Source: Octopus bimaculoides (taxonomy: Eukaryota). Taken from it: 63,578 bases of DNA. The position numbers and the translations under genes were made by a program. The number at the start of each line of letters is the position of its first letter. The first letter of the stretch is position 1. Below the pieces are notes generated by a model. The model did not search any database. It was not told the origin of the DNA and saw only the letters and a list, made by a program, of their open reading frames with translations. The stretch is from the NCBI RefSeq assembly GCF_001194135.2, contig NC_068990.1, positions 14,122,744 to 14,186,321 of the forward strand, written 5' to 3'. This document shows positions 39,640-51,528 of the stretch, piece by piece.

Positions 39640-40050
39640 AGGGCGGCGAGCTGGCAGGAATTGGTAGCGCGCCGGGCGAAATGCTTAGTGGCATTTCGTC
39701 TGCCGTTACGTTCTGAGTTCAAATTCCGCCGAGGTCGACTTTGCCTTTCATCCTTTTGGAGTCGATAAATTAATTACCAGTTACGCACTGGGGTCGATGT
39801 AATCGACTTAATCCCTTTGTCTGTCCTTGTTTGTCCCCTCTATGTTTAGCCTCTTGTGAGCAATAAAGAAATAAGAATCGTTATTATGCTGGGTAAAAGT
39901 GTTTAGCGACATTTCATCTGTTCATATGTTCTGAGTTCAAATTCCGCTGGGTCGATAAAATAAGTACCAGTTGAGCACTAGTGTCGACGTAATCAACTTA
40001 CACTTTCCCCAAACAATTCTGGTCTTGTACCAAAATTTGAAACCCGTATT
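39640..40050 (+). mobile_element. SINE family A (full, tail 1) plus a decayed copy
   Basis: Full copy 39640-39874 flanked by a roughly 20-bp duplication gaatcgttatt(c/a)tgctgggt; decayed copy about 39895-40050. Confidence 0.87.
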
Positions 40051-40377
40051 ATGTGACGTAGAAAAATTCTGGAGTGTGGGCAGCGAAGGATTCACCGAAG
40101 ATGTGATGGTGAAAACAGTAGATACAGTGCCAAAAAGTCAGGGGAGGCCATATCAATATAATAAATTTATAGAGTTATAATAAATAATAGAGTTATAATA
40201 AATAACTCTAACATTACACAAAAGGAGGAATAACTCAGCATTAGAAAACACTAAAATTTCAAGCTTCTCTTGAAATATTCCGTAAAACATAAAGTAGCAA
40301 CAGTGACGTAAGACAGCACCAAAATTTGTCACGAAAAAATGGCAACCAATTCTGCCTATACAAAACAACAATAATAA

Positions 40378-40590
40378 TCCTTTCTACTATAGGCACAACG
40401 ACTGAAATTGTGGAGGAGAGAGATCTAGTCGATTTCATTTACCCACAGTTCTTGACTCGGATTTATTTTATCGACCTCGGGAGGATGAAAGGCTAAGTGG
40501 ACTGCGGCGGAATTTGAACTCAAAATGTAAAGACGGACGAAGTGTCACTAAAGGTTTGTTCGATGTGTTAATGATTCTGGCAGCTCAACA
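40378..40590 (-). mobile_element. Decayed SINE family A copy
   Basis: tttatcgacctcgggaggatgaaaggc...ggcggaatttgaactc. Confidence 0.75.
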
Positions 40591-41683
40591 ACAATAATGA
40601 TTATCACCATTGTTAACAACAATAAAAATAATTATTACCATTGTTGTTGTTGTTGTTGTCTCCGATTTGTTCTGATCGCAAACATCGATTCTCTGATCGC
40701 AAACATCGATACTCTGAAAACTTACAAGGATTTTCATATATTATTTTGACCAAAATCGGATTTTTTGTTATAATTGTTTAACACATTCTAAGAGAAAAAG
40801 TAAGTTGAAAGACTTGCAACGCTGCCTCTAATTATAAGAAGTATAGTAATTGTTACCCCTGACATCTGCAGCCAGCGGACAAAATTGCTTTTGTATCTCC
40901 ATGTTAAAAGCAAGGTTAATATTCAGTCAAGCTAATCAGCCTGAAAAATCTTTGCTTACTAAACAACAATATAAAAGAAAACCATAAGGATTTACTGAAC
41001 ATAAATTTCTGAAAATGTCGCAGATTCACGGCGTTGGATGTGGCGATATTTCTTGAAGAAGTGCTGCCGGGCAGAGAACGTATACAGTCTTTGAATGACG
41101 TGCAAAATAAAAAGCCACCATTGTATTTCATGGTAAATGAACCACAAAAATATAGTTATAACATTTAACAAGAATTTATTTCATCAAACAACTTATCTAT
41201 AATTCCGAGTAGAAACGCTTCCTGCCATTTTGCAACTATCGAAACATTTACTGAAAGAACAAAGAATTCCCCTCCCCTATTATTAGTCCAGCATGTATTC
41301 TCACTTAACGAAGGCCATCTGCTGGCGTACTTGAAAATATGCCGGTCACCTTCGGTAATTTCTGAGTGTATGTATTTTTGCAAAATTGGTACCTTTTAGC
41401 TAAGCTCTTGACTAATAGACGAATAACATTCAACGACATAACGTGCATGAATGTGCCTAGTTTTCATTTGCCGTCATTCACCTGTTAATAATTATTGCAA
41501 TGTTATTCCAAAGATTTAAGTTTGTGGGTTGTTTGTTGACTTTGTTTATTCTGTCTTGGATTGTCTTACTAATCACGCTAAGATTTTGTTTTATGATCTT
41601 AACTTATATTACCTGAATGTACCAAAGTTCCTACTGATTAACTTCAAAGCAGAACAGCCTCCCAATGGTTAATGAACAGAACA

Positions 41684-41731
41684 GATATTGACGTCATCTA
41701 CCTCATCGACCAATCAGAGGCGTTCCACACC
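41684..41731 (+). pseudogene. Possible CR1-type RT fragment (DIDVIYL-DQSEAFHT)
   Basis: Resembles the CR1 motif VDVIYLDFSKAFDT; only 16 codons, flanks not alignable by eye. Confidence 0.35.
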
Positions 41732-42014
41732 TTTGCATATCTTGACTACTACATTATTTTTCATTATTTTAGACTCCTCAATGAGTACTGCACACGCTAA
41801 AATTAACAACACGAAATCTTTAAGTTTGATGAAATAATGCTCGTTACTAAAATGTATTTATAAACAGGTACGAGCTCAGGTGTGCGTGCGTGCGTGTGTG
41901 TGCGCGTGAGGTATGTACTAGCAGTTTAAATAAGACCTGACAATTTTCAGTCGATCCATGAAAGGTAATTCCTTCGGAATAGTGACATCCAAGCATTTCA
42001 GAAGATGGTTCAAA

Positions 42015-42860
42015 ACACAAACCTGAAGTTGTATTAGAGAGAAAAAGAATTATAAAATTTTATGTAACTTGTTCCGACAACTCTGACCATACCAATCAAG
42101 CATTAAGACCAAATACGGTGGTAGAGGACGAAAGAAACTAACAGTATAAGATCATAGATTCTGCAATATCATATGGCAATAGAGTGGATACCAAAGAAAC
42201 TGAAAAAAAAAAACAAGACAGAAATATCAGGTCATAGCCACAAAGATGAAGAGGTTGTGAAAGATTAAGACGACGCTTATTCCTGAAGTATTTGATGCAC
42301 AATGTGGAGGCGCAATGGCCCAGTGGTTAGGGCAGCGGACTCGCGATCATAGGATCGCCGTTTCGATTCCCAGACCGGGCGTTGTGAGTGTTTATTAAGC
42401 GAAAACACCTAAAGCTCCACGAGACTCCGGCAGGGGATGGTGGTGAACCCTGCTGTACTCTTTCACCACAACTTTCTCTCACTCTTACTTCCTGTTTCTG
42501 TTGTGCCTGTAATTCAAAGGGTCGGCCTTGTCACACTGTGTCCCGCTGAATATCCCCGAGAACTACGTTAAGGGTACACGTGTCTGTGGAATGCTCAGCC
42601 ATTTGCACGTTAATTTCGCGAGCAGGCTGTTCCGTTGATCGGATCAACTGGAACCCTCGACGTCGTAAGCGATGGAGTGAAAATATAATTTGATGCACTT
42701 GGAACAGTATCTAAATTGCTACTTAAAGGGGTGAAAGATATTGCAGTTGAGGCTCGCTTAATCGATCTCTAGAAAAGTGCAATCCTGTATTCAGCAAGAA
42801 TCCCGAGGTTCTTGAGGTGCGAGGAGGCGTATTGTCATTGAACCTCAAAACAACAACTCT
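42015..42860 (+). pseudogene. Decayed R4/Dong 3' end (restriction-like endonuclease), interrupted by SINE C
   Basis: HKPEVVLE...RPNTVVED...IIDSAI....RVDTKE...KYQVIA...IPEVFDALGTVSK...KSAILYSARI..FLEV matches the RLE C-terminal region of R4/Dong elements. Confidence 0.85.
42301..42686 (+). mobile_element. tRNA-headed SINE family C with 11-bp TSD, inside an R4/Dong LINE remnant
   Basis: Box A TGGCCCAGTGG, box B GTTTCGATTCC; TSD atttgatgcac at 42290-42300 and 42687-42697. Confidence 0.92.
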
Positions 42861-43885
42861 GCAAACTAATATAGCATGTGGTAGTCATAATAATGATTAT
42901 TAAAAAGAGATTAAGATATAAATATAAACATAAGAAGTAAAAATACACATAGAAGCTAAAATATATTTTTGCTCATACCCTCTGAGAAATTTACTTTTTT
43001 AAAAAATATTCTACTAATCTAGAGTAACACTCCAAAGGCATTAGCTTCCTAATTAGTAAAATTTCCCAGTGTTTATTTTTGTGCTTGAGGGTACACAATA
43101 TTTTTAGATTTTCTAACAGGAGCTAAAAAGAACAAATTTCATAAATTGTCACGTAGCCAATGATCTTTCACACAAAATTTTAGTTCAGATGGATAAAAAC
43201 TGAAGCCAACAACTTGGAAAATATATACATACTTACATACATACATACGTACATACATACAGACAGACAAAAAGATATAAAAAGTAATCAGCTAGTTAAA
43301 TTGCACATTACAAATATAATCTGTAAGTAAGGTAGTAAAAATATAATCTGTAAGTAAGGTAGTAAAAATATTCCAATGATGGCGCTTTGTGTCTTTGTTA
43401 ACCAGCTTCTTCCTCAGAGGAAGAATTCGAATAAGTAAAAACAGAAGAGAACATACATACATGCATACATACATATATACACACATACATGCATACATAC
43501 AAACGTACGTACGTACATACATACATGCATGCCACGCATGCGTACGCTCGTACATACATACATAGTACATGCATGTGTAATACGTACATACATACATACA
43601 TACATACATACATACATACATACATACATACATACATGCATACTTAAATACATAGATTCATTTATTCATTCATTCACATCAAGTGCTAACATACCATTAA
43701 GAGTTATTTGGTACAGAAAAAGAAGGTCGTGGACAGCTACGGAGTTTTGTTGTATTGCAGATGAAGACACCGTTTGTAAAATCAATAAGGAATAGAGTAA
43801 CAATCACAACAGCTTCAAAAAATGTATCTCCCGTCGTATCCTGATTATAAATTAACATTTATATATAACGAAGTACAACAATAAT

Positions 43886-43919
43886 TGTGTACTTGGTTAA
43901 ATATTTAACCAAGTACACA
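43886..43919. other. Perfect 34-bp palindrome
   Basis: tgtgtacttggttaaat|atttaaccaagtacaca, checked base by base. Confidence 0.95.
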
Positions 43920-43920
43920 G

Positions 43921-44085
43921 AAGTGTACTGTGTGGTAAGTAGCTTGCTTACGAACCACATGGATCCGGGTTTAGTCCCACTGCGTGACACCTTGGGCAAG
44001 TGTCTTCTACTATAGCCTTGGGCCAACCAAAGCCTTGTGAGTGGATTTGGTAGACGGAAACTGAAAGAAGCCCGTCGTATATATG

Positions 44086-44128
<43 letters not shown>

Positions 44129-44343
44129 TTATGTGTCTGTGTTTGTCCCTCCTACCCCAACATCGTTAGACAACCGATGCTGGTGTGTTTACGTCCCCGT
44201 AACTTAGCAGTTCGGCAAAATAGATCAATAAAATAAGTACTAGGCTTACAAAGAATAAGTCCTGGGGCTGATTTGCTCGACTAAAGGCGGTGCTCCAGCA
44301 TGGCCACAGTCAAAAATGACTAAAACAAGTAAAAGAGTAAGCA
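43921..44343 (+). mobile_element. SINE family B (CORE-like, octopus OR2-type by resemblance) with an internal (TA)n(TG)n tract
   Basis: tRNA-like head (tgtgtggtaagtagcttgc...gggtttagtccc), CORE-like ACCTTGGGCAAGTGTC, internal microsatellite, 3' tail gcggtgctccagcatggcc.cagtc...aaacaagtaaaagagtaa. Confidence 0.88.
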
Positions 44344-44585
44344 ATTAATTGGGAAACTAGAACNNNNNNNNNNNNNNNNNNNNNNNNNNNNNNNNNNNNN
44401 NNNNNNNNNNNNNNNNNNNNNNNNNNNNNNNNNNNNNNNNNNNNNNNNNNNNNNNNNNNNNNNNNNNNNNNNNNNNNNNNNNNNNNNNNNNNNNNNNNNN
44501 NNNNNNNNNNNNNNNNNNNNNNNNNNNNNNNNNNNNNNNNNNNNNNNNNNNNNNNNNNNNNNNNNNNNNNNNNNNNNNNNNNNNN

Positions 44586-44650
<65 letters not shown>

Positions 44651-45029
44651 TAGAGAGACAGATAAACAGAGAGAGGCAGGCTGGCAAGCAAATAGTTTCT
44701 TTCACAAATTAAGATTGCACTGTGTCTCATACGAATGTATATATGTTAACAATTCCACTCGTAGATTATGGTTTTTCTGATATATTCAGATATATATGAT
44801 AATATCTGTGTACAGAGATTATGTTTGTGCTATTATATTTAAATGCTTAACTCTCTTTATATTCTAATTAACCCTGTTTCAAGATATACAAGCATAAGTT
44901 TGACATTAAAATTCATGTACTAATTAGATACACCGTTTTGTACATTATAAGATTAAATCTAATAATTTAACTAATTGAATAATAACGCACATAAATAACT
45001 AAATTAAAAATTATAGTAGTTTAAAATTT

Positions 45030-45198
45030 TAGCACAGGACCAGAAGATTTTCAGGGGAGGGGAGAAGTCAATCACATCGACTCAGTAGTTGACTAATACT
45101 TATTTTATCAACCCCAAAAGGATGAAAGGCAAAGTAACGACGGATGAGATGCTGCTAAGCGTTTTGTTCAACATGCTAACGGTTCTGCTAGTTCGCCA
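45030..45198 (-). mobile_element. Decayed, internally deleted SINE family A copy
   Basis: atcaaccccaaaaggatgaaaggcaaagt...ggttctgctagttcgcc. Confidence 0.72.
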
Positions 45199-45596
45199 CA
45201 TGACGAAATAATAAAGCACAAACGAATTATAATTCATTTACATTTAATCTCTGCGAGTTGTTATGCATATACAATTATTACACTTATTTGTGGTTATTCT
45301 GCATGCCCTTCTCTAGTTTTTTTGTTTTCTTTATAGAAAATGGTTAGAGCTGTGCTACAAAACTAAAATATGAATATAAAAAAAGAATGCCCCTCTTCCA
45401 AAATTGCGAAAAACATCGGAGCTCAACGTTTCATATAATAGATGGAACTTTGACGTCTGGTTGTCTAGCCTTCCATACCCATTTTAATTCTAAATCGTCA
45501 CTCTATACATCGCCTCTCTATACATTTAAATCATCTTGTTTCTAGTATATTCAGATATTGAACTGTACGCGTACGGTGTACATACTGAATGCATTG

Positions 45597-45633
<37 letters not shown>

Positions 45634-46342
45634 TTACACATAATAGACTATAATTACTACCTGTACAATATAGAGATGTACATAAATATACATACATAAA
45701 CATGTGTATCCACATATATTCATAGAGATCCAATCATACATATCGGCGTGTATGTGTCTGTGTATGTATGTATATGTATGCATGCATGATATATATATAT
45801 ATAGATATAGATATATAAGCATGCATATATATATATATATATATANNNNNNNNNNNNNNNNNNNNNNNNNNNNNNNNNNNNNNNNNNNNNNNNNNNNNNN
45901 NNNNNNNNNNNNNNNNNNNNNNNNNNNNNNNNNNNNNNNNNNNNNNNNNNNNNNNNNNNNNNNNNNNNNNNNNNNNNNNNNNNNNNNNNNNNNNNNNNNN
46001 NNNNNNNNNNNNNNNNNNNNNNNNNNNNNNNNNNNNNNNNNNNNNNNNNNNNNNNNNNNNNNNNNNNNNNNNNNNNNNNNNNNNNNNNNNNNNNNNNNNN
46101 NNNNNNNNNNNNNNNNNNNNNNNNNNNNNNNNNNNNNNNNNNNNNNNNNNNNNNNNNNNNNNNNNNNNNNNNNNNNNNNNNNNNNNNNNNNNNNNNNNNN
46201 NNNNNNNNNNNNNNNNNNNNNNNNNNNNNNNNNNNNNNNNNNNNNNNNNNNNNNNNNNNNNNNNNNNNNNNNNNNNNNNNNNNNNNNNNNNNNNNNNNNN
46301 NNNNNNNNNNNNNNNNNNNNNNNNNNNNNNNNNNNNNNNNNN

Positions 46343-46378
<36 letters not shown>

Positions 46379-47338
46379 GTCGTGGAGAGCGACTACGTAG
46401 CTTAATTCAATGTTGTGTAACTTTTAATCGTCCAGATTCCAGTGTAATCGTATCGAGATGCAACTGTTATGAAACAAACGCCTCTATCGCTGAAGTATAC
46501 CACCTGTGTACAGTTTATAGCCCTTTTGTTGTCTACAGAAACATTTGAAGAACAAAATCTCATAAATTATATGCTACTGATATGCATCACTGACTCCTAC
46601 TTTAAATTGATGGAACGAAATAAGAGGTTATAAGTGGAGAGATGAGTGAAATGTCTGCCTAGATATACATGCATACATACGTACGTACTTACGTATACAA
46701 TATATAAATATGTGTACTTACATGCGTGCGTGCATGTGTATGTATGAGTGTACATGTGAGTATGCATAAGTACATATAATGCAAGTAGAAACACACGCAT
46801 TCACACATTCAAAGAGACATCTTCCCCAATAAACACGCCATACATATACTAGTAAGAATAAACAAAACAAAATAAGGGAAGAGGGAGAAAAAGAAGAGAA
46901 GAAGGATAGAAACAAAAACAAGGAAGACGGAGACGTGTGAAGTGTGATTTCTTACAAATGTTCATTGTTTTTTGTTGAGTATGTCCTCTTAAAAGTCTAA
47001 CCACCCGCCGCAACAAACATCTGCCTTATTTCTACCTGCCATAAATTTATCAGAATGCTGTGATGTAAGGAAGAAATATTTCTTACAATCTCTTCATATA
47101 TCTACTTCCAATAACTCTTAAATTTCATGTTTCCTCCCTGCCTACCACTTAGAATTTAGAAGTCTTAGAGTACCACTTATTCTTATGAGAACTAAAAGAG
47201 CCGTATTGAAACGCAACTCTCCCGCAGACAATACATTTTACAGAAAATGACATAAAACGTAACTTTATGTAAGTATACGCATAATATTTATGAACATGTT
47301 CGGCTATCTTTTCTTTTCCTGCCTCCATATCTCCCCAC

Positions 47339-47394
<56 letters not shown>

Positions 47395-47776
47395 TTTTCT
47401 CGATTTGGCTTTCTCTCTCATAATATATTGGGTTTTTAGATAAATTCATTCGTTGTTTTCCCCCATTTATTTTAATAATTATTTTCAACAATTTTAAAAT
47501 TTGTTCAAATTTCAAAAGCGATAAACAAAAGTTGTAGACGGAGAATCGAAATACAAAATACAATATAAAACACTATGATAAAAATATTTTTCGTATTAAT
47601 TCAAGTAGCGTTGCAAAAGATTTTTAAAAATAGGGGAAAATGAAACGAACGAATTTATCTGACTGTTGTTCATGCGCACGCACATACATACACGCATTAT
47701 TTTAGTTCATTTTGCGCTAGCAAAACATAATGATTGGCGGGTACACTTTTTTTGGTGGGTAAAATTATCGTATCAG

Positions 47777-47992
47777 GACAATTACCCCCCTAGGACAATT
47801 ACCCTCCTAGAACAATTACCACTCTCCCTAGGACAATTCCCTGCGACGACATCTACTCCCTAGAACAATTACCCCACTTGGTTAATTACCCCGTCTCCAA
47901 TATATTAACAAATTTTAAATCATCATCTGTTGTTCTTAGGGGTAATTGTCCTTGGTGGGTTAGTCTCCATGGCGGGTAAATGTCCTAGACTC
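47777..47992. mobile_element. Non-autonomous DNA transposon remnant with clustered subterminal repeats
   Basis: Five or six direct copies of ctag(g/a)acaattaccc on the left; inverted copies gggggtaattgtcct and gggtaaatgtcctag on the right. Confidence 0.65.
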
Positions 47993-48390
47993 AAAATCAT
48001 AGCATTTATATTACGAAATATTAGGTGAGAAAGCGCGGTAAAAAACAGCATCAAAAATAGATTGTAAGAACTAACTCAAGTTTGAACACCTCGTATGGTA
48101 ATCACTGATTTACTAATCAGTAACCCAAGCCCGGCAAGAGGCTATGTATCCAGTGTTAGCACACTGGACACACGTTGTTGTTCGACTGGCTGGAAATACC
48201 AACATACCTCTCTCAAATCACACCTTATCACCTGAGGAAAAAGAAAAGTACACTGGATAATGTATTCCTTTGTGGACTATATTTTGATATAAAACGAGGT
48301 ATTCAAGATCGAAGTCTATGAACAAAGATTTATAGGATCAGGACGAACTTAAAGTTTAAGCATCGCATCATCCTTTTTTAGTGTTTATAT

Positions 48391-48510
48391 CAGTCACGGG
48401 CAACTAGCGGTTAGCGGGACTTTGAATTTTTCAGTAGTGTGGCTGCGGCTCACCCGATAATGAGCTGTGTCTCATGCGGCCCTCTTCTCGAAAAAAGTTG
48501 CCCGTACCTA
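48391..48510. mobile_element. Short decayed hAT/Charlie-type MITE
   Basis: Termini cagtcacgggcaact / agttgcccgtaccta; 8-bp flanks gtttatat / gtctatag (6/8), the latter fitting the NTCTANAN Charlie target preference. Confidence 0.6.
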
Positions 48511-49244
48511 GTCTATAGTGACAGAATAAGAGAATGTGGTGATAATGTTGTTTAAATTTGCTCTCACATGATGAAATAATGCGTGACTCATCAGAAAAAA
48601 TATATAGCAATCGAGGAGTTGTTACCAATCTAGAATGAACTAAAAGCTTCGTATTCTAACTTTAGATGGAACTAATATGGATATAAACGATAATAATAAT
48701 AAAACTGAAACAGCCACCATTTTTTAATATACGCCGTTTAATTGGTGCGTTTGCCGTCGCAATTGGGTAATTAACGATGTGGAACTGACATGCAGTAAAT
48801 ATAATTTCATTAAGTGTCTTCCGTATATTTGAGATCTCTCTTAAGAGTTGGCCAACTCTCATTAAATCTCCCTCTTTCTGTATTTCTCTGTATTTCTCTC
48901 CCCACCTCTCTCTCTCTCTCTCTCTCTCTTACTTCTCGCTTTGTATCTATCTATCTATCTATCAATCTGTCAATCAATCTATCTATCTATCTTTCTACCC
49001 ACCTACCTATCTACTTATCTCAGGTTTCTTTGGTCCGGAAAACCTTTCGAGTTACAGGCGAGAAAAACATAACTTTACAAAAGTTATGATTAGCGAGAAT
49101 CTTTTTTTTATCGGTCGATGAGAGTTGTTGAGGGCGTCCTTAATAAGGCACATAATTAGTTGAATGAAAAACCTCCTTACGAAAAACATTAAAAGCATAG
49201 TAAATAAAATATAAATACATGTTATGTTATACATACATACATAC

Positions 49245-49399
49245 ATAGGTGCAAGTGTAATTGTGATAAGAGATTTGCTTTCATGGTTCCGGGTTCAGTC
49301 CCACTACGTGGCACTTTGGGAAAGTGTCTTCTTCTATAGTCTCGGGCCGACCAAGGCCTTGTGAGTGGGTTTCGTTGACGGAAACTGAAACAGGCCCGT

Positions 49400-49454
<55 letters not shown>
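49245..49454 (+). mobile_element. SINE family B 5' half
   Basis: ggttccgggttcagtcccactacgtggcactttgggaaagtgtc, ending in (GT)n at a gap. Confidence 0.8.
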
Positions 49455-49464
49455 NNNNNNNNNN

Positions 49465-49660
49465 ATTGCCCACAAGGGGCTAAACATAGAGGGAACAAAC
49501 AAGAACAGACGAACGGATTAAGTCGATTACATCGACCCCAGTGCGTAACTGGTACTTAATTTATCGACCCCGAAAGGATGAAAGGCAAAGTCGACCTCGG
49601 CGGAATTTGAACTCAGAACGTAACGGCAGACGAAATACCGCTAAGCATTTTGCCCAGCAT
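49465..49660 (-). mobile_element. SINE family A, tail type 1
   Basis: Near-consensus reverse-complement copy between two family B pieces. Confidence 0.88.
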
Positions 49661-49863
49661 ACTCTTTTACTCTTTTACTCTTTTACTTGTTTCAGTCATT
49701 TGACTGCGGGCATGCTGGAGCACCGCCTTTAGTCGAGCAAATAGACCCCAGGACTTATTCTTTGGAAGCCTAATACTTATTCTATCCGTCTCTTTTGCCG
49801 AACCGCTAAGTTACGGGGACGTAAACACAAGCGATGTTGAGGGGGTCAAACACAGACACACAA

Positions 49864-49910
<47 letters not shown>

Positions 49911-50010
49911 CGACGGGCTTCTTTCAGTTTCCGTCTACCAAATCCACTCACAAGGCTTTGGTCGGCCCGAGGCTATAGCAGAAGACACTTCCCCAATGTG
50001 CCATATGTGT
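49660..50010 (-). mobile_element. SINE family B, lacking the head, with internal microsatellite
   Basis: Reverse complement of the family B tail, (CA)/(TA) tract and core. Confidence 0.85.
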
Positions 50011-50373
50011 ATTATTGCCGGAAAAGAAAGTAATGAACATAGTTGAACACCTTTCAACATAGGTCTAATCAGCCATACACACAACCATATTAACACAAAC
50101 GCACGCGTTTAGTTGTTACTGCAATACGGATCGCAGTTGTAGTTGTGTCTAACGTGAAGTTTGGTTACAGTGGTGGAAGTTATGCATATCAATAGCGATG
50201 GTGCTTGTATTACTGCTACGCGTTCTTGTGTTGAGACTTCCTGCATCTCCCTCTATTATCACAGCTATATTTAAATATCATAAACTGATTTTCCTCTCCA
50301 CTTCCAGCAAAAACTTAACACTAGAACACTCTCTGTCCATCCTTTCACCCAACAACCCTCTACTCTTTCTTCC

Positions 50374-50451
<78 letters not shown>

Positions 50452-51059
50452 TCTCTCTCTTTCTCTTTTTCTGACCGATGTGCTTCCAGCCTCCCCTCTT
50501 GTAAATACTTTGTCTTCTGTTGATTGCACCTCTCTCTCGTTACACTTTTGTTTCTGCCACGTCAAACACTCCGCCACTCATCCCCTGCTGTTTTTAGGAC
50601 GCATCATGGAAATGTGATATTCGTTCCAATAAAACGAAGTCAGTACAGTCTTTATTTTGACAAGCCGGAAATAGGGAATGTTGATCGAGCGAAGCAGGTG
50701 GAAAGGCAGTGACATAGCATCGTCAAACACCGTAACAAAACAGAGGATGAGAAACTACACCCGTATTATAAAGAACAGATTTACAACATTGAAGTGTTTC
50801 CTGGTTTGATAATTGAATACTGTTTTAAATTACATCGCATGACAGACACGAATGCTCACACACACACACACACGCTGGCATAACACAACTCACACGCATA
50901 TACAACGCGCACACACACAAACACACATTCACTCATTCATGTTTGTTTTTATGTTATAATAAAAACAATTTTACATTAAACTGAAGGATTATTCAATACA
51001 TTTGGTAGAGTGCAAATTTGCTATTCTTTAACAAGAATAATATTGGCAGTGACATCGAC

Positions 51060-51107
51060 GTTTCGACCAGCTAAGCCATCATCGACGATGGCTTAGGTGA
51101 CCTAAAC
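51060..51107. other. 48-bp loopless imperfect palindrome containing a hammerhead-like core
   Basis: 24-nt arms with 19/24 complementarity; minus strand reads GATGA-TGGC-TTAGCTG-GTC-GAAAC-GTCGAT-GTC. Confidence 0.55.
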
Positions 51108-51289
51108 TTGGAAGTTACAGTCAATATTATGCTTGATAACAAATAATAAATTCATATCAGCGCCCATGGCACACGATTCTCGTCTTCTCCGAATATTCAG
51201 TATTCTAACGAGACATCCATGTTAAGGGAGATATATGGATTACCTTTCGGTATTAATACTGCTTCCGTTGCTATTAATTAATTAATATC

Positions 51290-51307
51290 TATCTATCTCT
51301 TTGTTTG

Positions 51308-51381
<74 letters not shown>

Positions 51382-51383
51382 CA

Positions 51384-51414
<31 letters not shown>

Positions 51415-51467
51415 ATCACACAGTTGTATACATATATACATGCATGCATATGTGTGTATGTGCGTGC

Positions 51468-51525
<58 letters not shown>
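51290..51525. repeat. (ATCT)n then (GT)n microsatellites
   Basis: Direct inspection. Confidence 0.93.

Positions 51526-51528
<3 letters not shown>

Noticed and set aside
40671-40712. Short tandem duplications (21 bp here; 27 bp at 43312-43365; about 18 bp near 52580-52613)
   Set aside because: Ordinary two-copy slippage duplications.
40916-41383. Two minus-strand ORFs of about 70 aa in unique sequence
   Set aside because: No recognisable domain and no convincing acceptor/donor pair.
42301-42380. Functional tRNA genes at SINE heads
   Set aside because: The tRNA-like heads continue into SINE bodies with TSDs and lack a complete cloverleaf.
46498-46526. Alternative phase 1->0 mini-exon DNKRAINCTQ (minus strand)
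   Set aside because: Good acceptor but weak donor (GTGGTA); it shows that phase-compatible candidates arise by chance here.
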